From: Candidatus Eiseniibacteriota bacterium
Lineage (GTDB): Bacteria; Arandabacterota; Arandabacteria; Arandabacterales; Arandabacteraceae
Length of the DNA: 61,109 nucleotides
Direction of reading: 5' to 3'
NCBI GenBank assembly: GCA_043810925.1
Contig: JBDRNT010000045.1
Location: 1 to 61,109 of the forward strand
This document shows, piece after piece, positions 29,625 to 39,399 of this stretch. The translations under genes and the position numbers were made by a program. The notes below the pieces were generated by a model. It searched no databases. It was not told the origin of the DNA and saw only the letters and a list, made by a program, of their open reading frames with translations. Each line of letters starts with the position of its first letter. Within the stretch, counting starts at the first letter, position 1.

Positions 29625-31138
29625 TCGAACACCTCCGTGATACTGTAAAACTTGTACAGATGATCGTTATCCACAAACGCGTAGATCTCATCACTCATTA
29701 GCTCGAGGTCCTGCCCGAAGTAGAGATTGAGGACGACACGAAATGAGTTCACAGGTGATATCGAAGAGTAGAGCACGCTGTCGGGCGCACCGGGAAGGTA
29801 ATAGGCGTTGAGTATTCGCATCTTCTGCTTAAGCTCTTCAGGCGTTGCATCAGTCCATTTGAAACGATACGCGTCCTCTTTGTAGCGCTGCGGAAACGGA
29901 CCCTCATCCGATTGCAGGACTATCACCGGAGGACGCTTTGAGCGCGCGATGAGGATATCGATCAACTCCATAACCCGCTTGTTGGTGTAGACCAGTTGGT
30001 CTATGTAACCATCCCGCTCGCTTCGCGTAAGACTCTCTTTCTCCGTGATGAAACCGCCGTCTCTGTCGAACACGTAAGGCGAGTGCGGTACGAGCATATG
30101 TGCGAACACGAACGTGGGCTCATCGATGTCGGCCATCTCCGCGAGTCTATCGAACTTGTAGCGAATCCGCTTCCACTGTTGCCTGCGGCTGTCGAGGATT
30201 CCAAGTCGGGTACCGATAGGCTGGAATGCGGTTGTTTCATAAAGCACCGTGGCGAACTCCGACAGCCAGTAGTAATTGACATTCACATCGGCGTACTTGT
30301 TCCGGGTCGTAGGCTCCCACCAGTCACCGAAGTGATAGAACATGTAACCCCTCGTCTTCAGGAAACGCCACAGTTTGTAGTCCTGGAGAAGCGTGAAGAG
30401 CGGCATCCAGTCGGAGCAATCCTCCCCCACCCTCTCAGTGAGGTAGTTGATGTACTCCATGTTAAGTGACGATGCAAGCGAATGGGCAGTCTTGAGATAG
30501 TTGGCCTTGCTCTCCGTTGCCACATAGAAGCCTTTGTCGAGGAGATAGTCCATGAAGCCGCTGTTGTCGAAATCGTAGTATTCACTGAGACTGGCGACCC
30601 CGCCGTATCGATCCAGGATTATGTAGTAGATATCCGGTAGCGGACCTTTTTCCCCCGGCCCCGGGGTATGGTAGTCCACGCCGGGCGCAATCGTGTCGCG
30701 CGACCATGCGGTATCCCGCCTGACTGTATAGACACCTATATCAACAATAGAAATCACGACCAGCGAGATCGCCACCACATTCATGAAATCAGTCAGACCC
30801 TTGAGCGGCCGGCGCGTTCTCAGGGTCAAGTAGAGGATCACGACAAAGAGCACGGCCCAGAAAAGCAGCATATATCTGTGTCTCACGCCACTGGTCATAC
30901 TGTGGAAACGACCGTAGGAGAAAAAGAGCACCACGAAAGTCGAGACGATGATACCCGCCCTGATCCTGTTTCTCATGATCGCCTGGAGGACCAGAAAGAT
31001 CAGGGCCACAGCCAGACCTATCACCGCCAAGGGTACGACTATTTCGCCGAGTGACATGCTCTTCTTGTTATGGGAAAAGAGGAAGAGTACCTGGAAGATG
31101 CCCAACAGGAATGGATGGACGACGATGGTCTTCTTCAA
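29621..31138 (-). CDS. Membrane sulfatase-like hydrolase/transferase (NoeB-like)
   Basis: Five N-terminal TMs; PDIYYIILDRY, FVFAHMLVPHSPY, QSDEG, ILNAYY, SPVNSFR. Confidence 0.75.
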   Translation of the reverse strand: MKKTIVVHPFLLGIFQVLFLFSHNKKSMSLGEIVVPLAVIGLAVALIFLVLQAIMRNRIRAGIIVSTFVVLFFSYGRFHSMTSGVRHRYMLLFWAVLFVVILYLTLRTRRPLKGLTDFMNVVAISLVVISIVDIGVYTVRRDTAWSRDTIAPGVDYHTPGPGEKGPLPDIYYIILDRYGGVASLSEYYDFDNSGFMDYLLDKGFYVATESKANYLKTAHSLASSLNMEYINYLTERVGEDCSDWMPLFTLLQDYKLWRFLKTRGYMFYHFGDWWEPTTRNKYADVNVNYYWLSEFATVLYETTAFQPIGTRLGILDSRRQQWKRIRYKFDRLAEMADIDEPTFVFAHMLVPHSPYVFDRDGGFITEKESLTRSERDGYIDQLVYTNKRVMELIDILIARSKRPPVIVLQSDEGPFPQRYKEDAYRFKWTDATPEELKQKMRILNAYYLPGAPDSVLYSSISPVNSFRVVLNLYFGQDLELMSDEIYAFVDNDHLYKFYSITEVFE

Positions 31139-32532
31139 GATTCAGCTCCTGCTCTCTTCATCAGGTAGAGAGTCCGCTCGGAGTCCTTTATCCGGACACG
31201 CTCTTTTATCGTGAATCTCTTTTCGAACTCATGCTCGAAAGCTTCCTCGGTGTAATCCGTGAAGATGTCCTCTCTCACCACGAGGAGCCGTTTGACCTGT
31301 GAGTCGGTCTTGGGCACGTACTCGATGATGAGAGACCTGCAGATCTCGCTCAGGAACCGGGCAATCATGGTGAACGGCAGGTTGTTCGAAATCGCAAGGT
31401 GATGAACCAGGGCAAGGGCAAGCACCGCGTCGACCGGTCCCCTCTCGATAAGGGACATTCGTTCGTCGTTGCTCCACCCCACACCGGGACTCGGATTGGC
31501 CAGGTCAAGCAGAAGCGGCAGCAGGTGGTTCTCGCCCCGCTTCACGCATTCCAGATAGTTCTTCTCCACGGCTGACGGATCCACATCAAAGGAAATGGTC
31601 GGGATCTGCTTGTCAGATGCGATTCGGCTGAATACACCCACGTTCCCACCAAGATCCCACACACCAGCCGGCTTGACGCTGTCCAGGAATTCACCTACGG
31701 TCTCTTGCTTGTGCCGGAAACCATCGCGAGTGTAGTTGGTGTCATTGTAGTAGTCCGCCCACTCGGTGCCCTGAGCCCGCCACTTCAGTTTCCTGACGGC
31801 CGATTCAAGGCTGCTTATCACGCCGAGGAATGAGACGCGCCGCATCTTGTACCGGCGCTTGCCTACAGATTTGTCGGAGAAGTAACTCTGGCTCTTCGAA
31901 TGAAGATGGAGATGCGACAGGAGCGAGAAATTGAGCCGTGTTCGAAACGGCAGAAGCGTGCTTGCCATGTCCAGAGGGACTCCGTCTATGTAGACACGCA
32001 GCAGCTGATTGAGCCTGATATCGGTGTAGGCCATGAGCGCGAGCGGTGCGAGAAAGTGCTGGCAGAACTGACGATAGGCGACCCAGGGCTCCCCTTCGCG
32101 GTACTTCTCGAAGGACAGCGTGTCGATGAATACGGGTTTACCCTTATGGAACTGGATGTTATATGCACTCGCATCTTTTAGTGACATACCGAAATCGAAC
32201 GCGGTCTTCTGGATTTCAAGCGTCGTAAGAGCCGCTTGCTTGAGCTGCGTGAAGCACCACTCATATGGATAGGAAATGAAAGATATTTTCTCCGGCTGAA
32301 TGATCTTGTAGGCGCCCTTCCCTCTCTCCGGGGTGACGTCAGATTCACAGTGGGGAACCATCAGTCCCCGGTCGATCAGAGCCTGGTACAGTCCAGACTG
32401 CATCAGATGATCGTAGTCGTCTTTGTAGAGTGTATTTACCTGCCGAAAGAGCTTGCCGTCCCGAGTGAAAAGAAACCCGCTGGGGTCCCGAAAGGAACCC
32501 GGTATGCTGCCGTTACTCGGCGTCTTTTTCAT
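31135..32532 (-). CDS. NoeA-like SAM-dependent methyltransferase
   Basis: GSFRDPSG, SYPYEW, LKDASAYN, QFCQHFLAPL, WDLGGNVG, LALVHHLAI. Confidence 0.82.
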   Translation of the reverse strand: MKKTPSNGSIPGSFRDPSGFLFTRDGKLFRQVNTLYKDDYDHLMQSGLYQALIDRGLMVPHCESDVTPERGKGAYKIIQPEKISFISYPYEWCFTQLKQAALTTLEIQKTAFDFGMSLKDASAYNIQFHKGKPVFIDTLSFEKYREGEPWVAYRQFCQHFLAPLALMAYTDIRLNQLLRVYIDGVPLDMASTLLPFRTRLNFSLLSHLHLHSKSQSYFSDKSVGKRRYKMRRVSFLGVISSLESAVRKLKWRAQGTEWADYYNDTNYTRDGFRHKQETVGEFLDSVKPAGVWDLGGNVGVFSRIASDKQIPTISFDVDPSAVEKNYLECVKRGENHLLPLLLDLANPSPGVGWSNDERMSLIERGPVDAVLALALVHHLAISNNLPFTMIARFLSEICRSLIIEYVPKTDSQVKRLLVVREDIFTDYTEEAFEHEFEKRFTIKERVRIKDSERTLYLMKRAGAES

Positions 32533-32752
32533 TCTTCTTGCGTCGTGAAAGTCGATTGCTCAAAGAGGACCAGATCTTCTTCCAGTAGAACCTGATTGCA
32601 AAGGCCGCGCCGATGAGGACCCCGATAAGCAGCTGGAGCACGTAACTGCCGGTTCCGGGGTCCAGGTAAGCATAAGAGGGCGTGGAGAACACCAGGCTGC
32701 CGGCATAGGCAAGGAAACCTGCAGCAACAACGCGCCTGACACACTTAACCAT
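32513..32752 (-). CDS. Small membrane protein with AYLDPGTGS motif
   Basis: Signal-like N-terminus, YAYLDPGTGS, TM helix, basic tail; GAGG RBS; overlaps the methyltransferase start. Confidence 0.75.
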   Translation of the reverse strand: MVKCVRRVVAAGFLAYAGSLVFSTPSYAYLDPGTGSYVLQLLIGVLIGAAFAIRFYWKKIWSSLSNRLSRRKKNEKDAE

Positions 32753-32939
32753 CTGACCTCACTTCCGGTTCGATCGGCTGCGGATCAACAGCAGATCCGG
32801 AGGCAAGGTCCTCTTGCCAACGGAATTGTCAGTTGCATCCGCTGCCGTTGCCGCCGGCGCGAAGCGTCCGGCTGCAACTTCTTGATTCTACAACCCCGCG
32901 GGTGGATTCCGCAACTCCTTTGATCAGATCGTCTGCGCC

Positions 32940-33893
32940 TTAAGCGAGTGCGCCACCACACGAAGAGCCCTGACCCGCGGTGCACCCGAAGCAGTGATCA
33001 CCCGTCACGACTCTTCGCTGCGCGAGTCCCGGAAGATTGAAATGCTCTATATGATCCGGCGCGCCGTGATCAATCGCGAGCCCCAGCGCAAGATTGAAAT
33101 CGCAGTCAAAGAGTCTGCCATCCCAACCTATGCTCAGCTGGTGCCTGCACATCAGTCCCTTGACCGTGCCGGGATTGAATGATTCCCGGAGTAACTCCAC
33201 ATACCGGTCGAGCTGACCCTGCTCCTTGAGCATTCCACCGAACCGCCCGATGGGCATGTTGGCGATCGTAAGCAGATTGGAGAATACTATTCCGAAGCGC
33301 TCTCCCAGCTCGCGTCTGTAGTCCGCCTCAAGATCCGCCTGGTCCGGCGGCAGAACCGGTCCGGCGGGGTTATAAACGAGATTGAGCACGAGACCGGGCT
33401 CGACCCCATAGCCAAGAGCGTTAAGCAGCTTTATCGCAGAGATGCTCTTCGTATATGCACCTTCGCCGCGCTGCGCACAGACGTTTTCCTCAAGATAGCA
33501 CGGCATCGAGCCTACAAGCTGTACGCTGCTTTCCTTGAGGAACTCCGGGATCGCCTCAAGCCCGGGCTCGAGAAGCACTGTCAGGTTGGTCCTGACCTGG
33601 ACCGTGTGACCATCCATGCGAAGGGCTCTGACGAACTGTATGAAGTGATTGTTGAGCTCAGGTGACCCCCCGGTCAGATCGACGAGCCTGGGTTTCACCT
33701 TCCCCGCCACGTCGATGATCCGCTCCATTACCGGCCAGGACATCATCTCATCCCGGCGAGGCCCGGCATTCACATGGCAATGGACGCACTCCTGGTTGCA
33801 CTTAAGTCCGAGGTTGGCCTGGATTACCTCGATATCACTTGCGTGTAGACCCTCTGCACCCACGCGTGCAAGCCGGTCCTCGAAGGCATTCAT
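32940..33893 (-). CDS. arsS: ArsS-like radical SAM protein (arsenosugar-biosynthesis family, DUF3641 C-terminus)
   Basis: CNQECVHC, DLTGGSPE, SMPCY, LMCR, DCDFN, HCFGCTAGQGSSCGG. Confidence 0.85.
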   Translation of the reverse strand: MNAFEDRLARVGAEGLHASDIEVIQANLGLKCNQECVHCHVNAGPRRDEMMSWPVMERIIDVAGKVKPRLVDLTGGSPELNNHFIQFVRALRMDGHTVQVRTNLTVLLEPGLEAIPEFLKESSVQLVGSMPCYLEENVCAQRGEGAYTKSISAIKLLNALGYGVEPGLVLNLVYNPAGPVLPPDQADLEADYRRELGERFGIVFSNLLTIANMPIGRFGGMLKEQGQLDRYVELLRESFNPGTVKGLMCRHQLSIGWDGRLFDCDFNLALGLAIDHGAPDHIEHFNLPGLAQRRVVTGDHCFGCTAGQGSSCGGALA

Positions 33894-33997
33894 AACGACC
33901 CTCCAGTATCATGTGTCTAGTATCACAGCAGGATTTGGCCGTCAATCACTAAACAACGGCTCTTTAGCCGAAGGCCGGCGTCAGTCCGACATGCTGG

Positions 33998-34026
33998 TTG
34001 ACAGGCGTCCCCCGAAATGGTAGATA
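33998..34026 (+). promoter_or_regulatory. Sigma70-type promoter
   Basis: TTGACA-N17-TAGATA with TG extension. Confidence 0.5.
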
Positions 34027-34068
34027 TGTGGGATCGGAGAGGACGTTTCGAATCAGTTGGGAGATGGT

Positions 34069-35058
34069 ATGAAAACAGGTCTGGCTATAAAGGTAGCGTT
34101 GCGTTCCGCGGCGAACCTGCTTGCGAAGAAGCCTCTCTGCGTCTCTTTCGAGGTCACCTATTCCTGTCCGGCGACGTGTCGTCACTGTAACAGGGGCGGG
34201 CTCAAGAAGGAAGATGGCCTCATGAGCCCTGAGGACTACCGGCGTCTCTCCCACGAACTCAGCATCAGCACGTGCCAACTCTCCGGTGGCGAGCCTCTCA
34301 CCCGTGAGGACCTCGAAGACATCGTCCGGGCCGTGAAACGGCCAAGCGGGCTGCCGATGCTGATATGTGTGAGCAACTGGTGGTTGATGACCGAGGAGCG
34401 CTATGTCTCCCTGAATGAAGCCGGAGTGGACATCTTCTCGGTGTCGCTTGACTTCCCCGATAAGAGACACGACGATTTCCGGCAGATCAAGGGGCACTAT
34501 GACAAACTGAACGACCTCATCCCCCGTATGGCCAGGAAGTACGGGAAGAATAACATCGTTCTCAATGCCGCGCTCACCCATGCCAACTTCTCAGAGATCC
34601 CCGGACTCGTTGAACAGGCGGAGACGTGGGGCGTAAAGATAGCCTTCAGCGCCTATTGTGTCCTGCGTACGGGTGACAGCGGGTACTGTATAACCGACAA
34701 GCGGGATCTCGAACTGCTCAGAGAACACATAGCCTACTTGGTGGAGCACAAGAAGCATTCAGACACAGTCTTAAGCTCCAGCCATCTTCTGAAGAACACG
34801 CTCCGCTTTTTTGAGGACGGCGGCAATTTCCCCGGCTGCAAGGCGGGAGAGCGATTTCTGATCATCCGCCCCGATGGGGTGATGAACGCATGTTCATTCT
34901 TCCCCGAGCATGAGTACAAAACCCAGAAAGAGGCCCGTGAAAGATTCGACATACGCAACACCTGCACCGAGTGCTATGTGGCGATCAGGTCCTCGACGGA
35001 ACGATCCCTCGTAAGACTCTTCCGCGATAGTGTGGAAGGCTATAAGCAGATCCACTAA
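34069..35058 (+). CDS. Radical SAM protein with C-terminal SPASM/Twitch-like domain
   Basis: CPATCRHC, SGGEP, SVSLD, CKAG..IRPDG..AC, CTEC. Confidence 0.85.
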   Translation: MKTGLAIKVALRSAANLLAKKPLCVSFEVTYSCPATCRHCNRGGLKKEDGLMSPEDYRRLSHELSISTCQLSGGEPLTREDLEDIVRAVKRPSGLPMLICVSNWWLMTEERYVSLNEAGVDIFSVSLDFPDKRHDDFRQIKGHYDKLNDLIPRMARKYGKNNIVLNAALTHANFSEIPGLVEQAETWGVKIAFSAYCVLRTGDSGYCITDKRDLELLREHIAYLVEHKKHSDTVLSSSHLLKNTLRFFEDGGNFPGCKAGERFLIIRPDGVMNACSFFPEHEYKTQKEARERFDIRNTCTECYVAIRSSTERSLVRLFRDSVEGYKQIH

Positions 35059-35101
35059 AGGCCGTCGGGCATTGAACCCCGACGCTACCATCACAAACTT
35101 C

Positions 35102-35252
35102 CATCGCGAGCAAAGCGCTCTGTCATCGCGGGCTAAGCGCTCTGTCATCGCGAGCAAAGCGTTCTGTCATCGCGGGCAAAGCGCTCTGTCATCGCGAGCA
35201 AAGCGTGGCGATCTATAGAGATTGCCGCGTCGCCAACGCTCCTCGCAATGAC
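35102..35252. repeat. 22-bp tandem repeat (4 full + 1 partial) running into a GTCATCGCGAG...CTCGCAATGAC palindromic element
   Basis: Unit CATCGCG(A/G)GCAAAGCGCTCTGT at 35102, 35124, 35146, 35168 and 35190; inverted ends 35188-35198 and 35242-35252; lies between convergent genes. Confidence 0.88.
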
Positions 35253-35275
35253 CGGGGTGCAACGGCTCGGTCTCG

Positions 35276-36286
35276 CTATTTCTCCTCAAGGAGGTATAGC
35301 TGCCACAGGTCGTGGCTGCTTGTGTGGAGGAATGGTGCCATTGCGAGTTGACCGGTCTTGCCTATGCTTTTTTCAAGGAACTTCAGCTCGGTGAGTCTTG
35401 CCTTTGTCTCGGGGTCGGCGGGGACGCGGAATCCTGCCTCCCTCATCAGCAGAATCCCCTTTGCCCGGACCGCCAGTTCAAGGTGAACCCTCAAGAAGCA
35501 CAACATATCGGCCACAATCTCTCCCGGAAATCTGGCTTGGAGAGAGGTAAGATACTCCCCTATGCGCGTTGTCGAAATCGTCCCCGTGGTGACATAGCTC
35601 AGCAGCTGTACATCGGAATCCAGCCCCACCTCCAGCCAGTTCCGAAGGATTCTCTCACTCTGAGTGAAGGTGATCACGACAAGCACCGGAAGGACTATCA
35701 GCTGGGCGATCGTGTAAACGTGGGGAAGCAGGAAAAAGTGGTTGAAGAATGAATGGATCGCTATTGCGATCAGGAGCCCGGGCAGAAACACATGAAATCC
35801 TCCCCGGGCATAACGGTCTGACCGGTTCTTGGCGAGCACCGCAAAGATCGCCGTGGTGCCGCCGTGCATCACGGCCGTGCCGAAACCACGGATGATCCAG
35901 GCAAGTATATTGGCCTCCTCAAGCGAGCGAAGGTAGTAGATATTCTCGATGACCGCAAAGCCCGCCCCGACAGCAAAGCCGCAGATCGCGGCGTCCACCA
36001 TGAACCCGAGCCGTTTTCTGCTGATCAAGTATATCAGGGGTACCGCCTTGAGCAGTTCTTCAAGAACAGGGGCAAGGTATCTCGAGAACGTCTGGATCTC
36101 CATGCCGCAAACCCTTTGGATCGGTCCGTTGAGAAACATCAGCACCACGGCCGCCACACACCCGATCAGTATGGTTTGAACGATCATGCGGACACTGACC
36201 AGCTTGAAACTGTCCAGAAAGACAAGACCCGCAAGAAATGCGAATACCGGCGGCAGGCTGACGCAGATTCTCAGTAGGTCTATCAC
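35276..36286 (-). CDS. prsW: PrsW family intramembrane metalloprotease with C-terminal extension
   Basis: APVLEELLK, FAVIEN, TAVMH and IHSFFN motifs; multiple TMs. Confidence 0.88.
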   Translation of the reverse strand: MIDLLRICVSLPPVFAFLAGLVFLDSFKLVSVRMIVQTILIGCVAAVVLMFLNGPIQRVCGMEIQTFSRYLAPVLEELLKAVPLIYLISRKRLGFMVDAAICGFAVGAGFAVIENIYYLRSLEEANILAWIIRGFGTAVMHGGTTAIFAVLAKNRSDRYARGGFHVFLPGLLIAIAIHSFFNHFFLLPHVYTIAQLIVLPVLVVITFTQSERILRNWLEVGLDSDVQLLSYVTTGTISTTRIGEYLTSLQARFPGEIVADMLCFLRVHLELAVRAKGILLMREAGFRVPADPETKARLTELKFLEKSIGKTGQLAMAPFLHTSSHDLWQLYLLEEK

Positions 36287-39231
36287 AGTATCTTCAGCGA
36301 GACCATGAACTCATCCGAAAGCTTCCGGTCGCGCTCCATGGCGGCGGCATAGCCGAATGACAGAGTCGAATTGAGAAGTGAAAAGGTGACAAGTCTGAAA
36401 TCAATCTGACCGCCGACGTTTATCAGTTCTCTCCGGCATACGTCACAGTCGGGATTGGTCATTATCCCCGATGAGAACAGCGCGAGTCTTGCCCACCTGA
36501 AGTATGCGCTTGTCAGACCCAGCCGCTTGAACCTGACGGGCGGAAGCAGCAACTCCATCATCAGTTTGCCGTAGTTCTTCCCGCCGACTGCGTTGAGTTC
36601 AGCGCCCGGGAAACTGTAGTAGTCCCTGTAACGCTTGATCTCACGGCGGTCGACCCAGTTGTTTCCGAAACCGCCGAAATAGAAGTTTCCGAACGGGCTC
36701 TCCCCATCCCCGAATGAATGTCCTGCAGAACTCCTCAACCAGAGCGCCCAATGATCAGCCGGGAGGAGAAAGCCGTAATCGAGTGTCGCATACACCCGGG
36801 GGAAATGCTCGGAGTTGACGTAGACATCATTGGCCTCGAGTTGGGCCTTTACGCCTTTCTCGTAGTCGACCGCACCGAGGGTCGCAGCCACATCCTCATA
36901 ACCGAGCGCGGCCACATATGACATCGATTTGTCATAGGACGCCGCCACATTCTGGTAATCAGGCAACCGTTCAAGTCCGGCGTAGCCTGAAACACCTATT
37001 GAAAGATCAAGCTTCCTGGGCTCCTCCCACAGGAGCGTCCTGTGGTATCCAACAGAAGCGCAATGCCCTTTCAAGCTCGTTTTCGTAGGACCGAAGAGGT
37101 CGTAGAAGTCGGCATTGTTGTACGCGTAGTTGACATTCCAGTTCCAGTAGCTGTACGCGAAGCCTACATGCAACCTCTCTTCTTCGGGTAGTTCGTCGAC
37201 CGGCGTGTATGTACCTGTCAGATGAGTATTGCTGATTCCCAGCATGTCCTCGAAGTTGAACCGCATGCCGACAGCAGCATAGTCCTTGTAACCCTCCACA
37301 ACGGGATAAGCAGACACCAGCTCGCCTTCAGGCGGCAGGTGATAGTCCCCTGAATCCGTTATCAGTGAATCGACATCACCCGGCCCTTCTCCCGTCAGAC
37401 TCCATGTGGTCACGACGGGGTGGTTGTCAACTACCTCCTGGCCCAGGTACCTGATTGCGGCCGCCCTCTCAATCGGCTCACTTGATATCATGCCGGGGAC
37501 AAATCCCTGTCCCGTGTACTGGAAGACGACCAGTGAATCATCCGATACCGGCAGGGGTCTGAAGAAGCCGGTCTCGCAGTTGCTGACCAGGTCCATGTCC
37601 ATCTCCCGGAGGTCATAGCGGTATATGTTTGACACGCCGCTATAGTAAGAAGAACCATAGAGAAAGTTTCCGTCGGGGGAGAACACGAAATTAGCCGGTG
37701 TACTGTTCTCAAAGTCAAACAGGACATCGTATGACCCGCCACCGCTCAGGAGCAGATCCGTATCCATCCTTATCAGCTCCAGATGCAACCCGCTGACATC
37801 CGTCAGCGCGCCGGTCACGTACCGGCCGTCGGGTGAGATGTCGATATCGAAGATGTCCTTGCCATAGGTGAAGGAATAGACATGATTCCACTCTTCGTAA
37901 GGATACGGGATACGGACTATGGTCGATAAGCCATTGTAGTGGCGGACTCCCCAGATCGACTTGTCTGACCGGTTGAAAGTCAGATCACCTGTCCTGACGT
38001 CTTTGATCAGGAGCCTGGTTTCACCGGTCTCGACATCGACCGCGACTAAGTCCCGCCAGCCGGCGTTGTCCGTCGTAAAAAACAACGTGCCGGACTCCGG
38101 GTCGTACGCCAGTGATGTGACATAGTAAAGTGCCGCGCCCCGGACATCGCACACCTTCTTTAGTCTGCCCGTGTCAATATCCAGGGCAGCGATATGCGCT
38201 GTCTCACCGGGATATAGAAGAGCAGCATAGATTTTTCTGTCCTTGGGGTTGTAGTAGCCCCGGGAAACCGACCCGAGCGCGTGCGGTGACAGCGGGCGAA
38301 ACGCAGTTGTGGGATATGACCGGATCCTTTCGAGGTTAGCCTCCTGCCACTGGTGTTCCCACTTAACCCATCTTGACCATTCGTCGGAGAGCGAAACACC
38401 ATATACCTTTTTGAACTGAGAACTGAAGTAGCGTTTGCTGTCATCAGTACGTGTAACCCACTTGATCAAGTTCTCCGGACCGTGTTCAAGCGCGAGGTAG
38501 CTGTAGAAGCGGGTTCCGTAAAGATAAGAGTTCGCGCCGACCTGAAAATCCGACGCCGTACCCTCTGACTCCAGTCCCACGGCGTTGTAGATGTAGTTCC
38601 CATCCCGGATCTTCGTGCGGAAGACCATCTCATCGTACGCGCCGAGGGAACGACCGAGCCCGCCTGCCATCCACGTTTCCATAAAGACGGCGATCCCTTC
38701 GTGATACCACCGGGGGCAGTACCATCTTGGAACGGTCAAGTAGCTGTAAAGCATGGAAATGGGATCTTGTGCAGTAGCCGACACCTTACCAAAGAAGATC
38801 GACCGAAAGAAGTTGTCGGTACCTGATGCCTTGTCGCTGCAGACGACATGGACCATCTCGTGGTTCATGAGCCAGTTCATCCGCTCATTGGCCGGTCGTG
38901 TCTCGTAGACATAGCTGAAGGGCGCTATATTGAGGGCCATACGATTTCTGGGGACCGCACCCGTCCCCCCGGTCCCGTAGTCCCAGAAGTCTTGAAGCAG
39001 GATAGTAACCTTCTCGTGCGAGTCATAGTCAAAGAAGGCCCGATGGTACGCAAGGGAACGCTCATAGCAGTTGACAACGTGCGGGGTCATGTACTCGAGG
39101 GCCTTCCCGGCATATATCAGATTGAGGTTTTCGGTTTCGAGTCTATAGAGCTGCCCAAATAGAGCCTGTGGTATGAGGATGAGGATCAAACCAGCGGATA
39201 TGCATATTCCCGGCAACGTTCGGATAGTCAT
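36283..39231 (-). CDS. Outer-membrane protein: HExxH (peptidase MA-like) domain + beta-propeller + probable beta-barrel
   Basis: Signal peptide; NHEMVH and PRWYHEGIA; propeller repeats (ISPDG, FSPDG); C-terminal amphipathic beta-strands with FYFGGF. Start moved to ATG 39231. Confidence 0.75.
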   Translation of the reverse strand: MTIRTLPGICISAGLILILIPQALFGQLYRLETENLNLIYAGKALEYMTPHVVNCYERSLAYHRAFFDYDSHEKVTILLQDFWDYGTGGTGAVPRNRMALNIAPFSYVYETRPANERMNWLMNHEMVHVVCSDKASGTDNFFRSIFFGKVSATAQDPISMLYSYLTVPRWYCPRWYHEGIAVFMETWMAGGLGRSLGAYDEMVFRTKIRDGNYIYNAVGLESEGTASDFQVGANSYLYGTRFYSYLALEHGPENLIKWVTRTDDSKRYFSSQFKKVYGVSLSDEWSRWVKWEHQWQEANLERIRSYPTTAFRPLSPHALGSVSRGYYNPKDRKIYAALLYPGETAHIAALDIDTGRLKKVCDVRGAALYYVTSLAYDPESGTLFFTTDNAGWRDLVAVDVETGETRLLIKDVRTGDLTFNRSDKSIWGVRHYNGLSTIVRIPYPYEEWNHVYSFTYGKDIFDIDISPDGRYVTGALTDVSGLHLELIRMDTDLLLSGGGSYDVLFDFENSTPANFVFSPDGNFLYGSSYYSGVSNIYRYDLREMDMDLVSNCETGFFRPLPVSDDSLVVFQYTGQGFVPGMISSEPIERAAAIRYLGQEVVDNHPVVTTWSLTGEGPGDVDSLITDSGDYHLPPEGELVSAYPVVEGYKDYAAVGMRFNFEDMLGISNTHLTGTYTPVDELPEEERLHVGFAYSYWNWNVNYAYNNADFYDLFGPTKTSLKGHCASVGYHRTLLWEEPRKLDLSIGVSGYAGLERLPDYQNVAASYDKSMSYVAALGYEDVAATLGAVDYEKGVKAQLEANDVYVNSEHFPRVYATLDYGFLLPADHWALWLRSSAGHSFGDGESPFGNFYFGGFGNNWVDRREIKRYRDYYSFPGAELNAVGGKNYGKLMMELLLPPVRFKRLGLTSAYFRWARLALFSSGIMTNPDCDVCRRELINVGGQIDFRLVTFSLLNSTLSFGYAAAMERDRKLSDEFMVSLKIL

Positions 39232-39320
39232 ACGCTTACCACCCCCGGTCAGGATACCACAGACGCACGAGGTTCTCACAGCATGTTGCCACACCTCGGA
39301 ACCTATCCCACCGATTATAA

Positions 39321-39355
39321 GTGGAGATACCACACTCATCGTGTGGTATCTCCGC
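39321..39355 (-). terminator. Hairpin/terminator downstream of the repeat-protein gene
   Basis: GGAGATACCACAC-TCATC-GTGTGGTATCTCC perfect 13-bp stem; followed by TTATAAT on the minus strand. Confidence 0.6.
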
Positions 39356-39399
39356 GCTTGGATCGTTGTCAGATCTACTCGATCCGTCTCACGACGATC

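Noticed and set aside
35102-35205. Mini-CRISPR
   Set aside because: The units are head-to-tail with no unique spacers.
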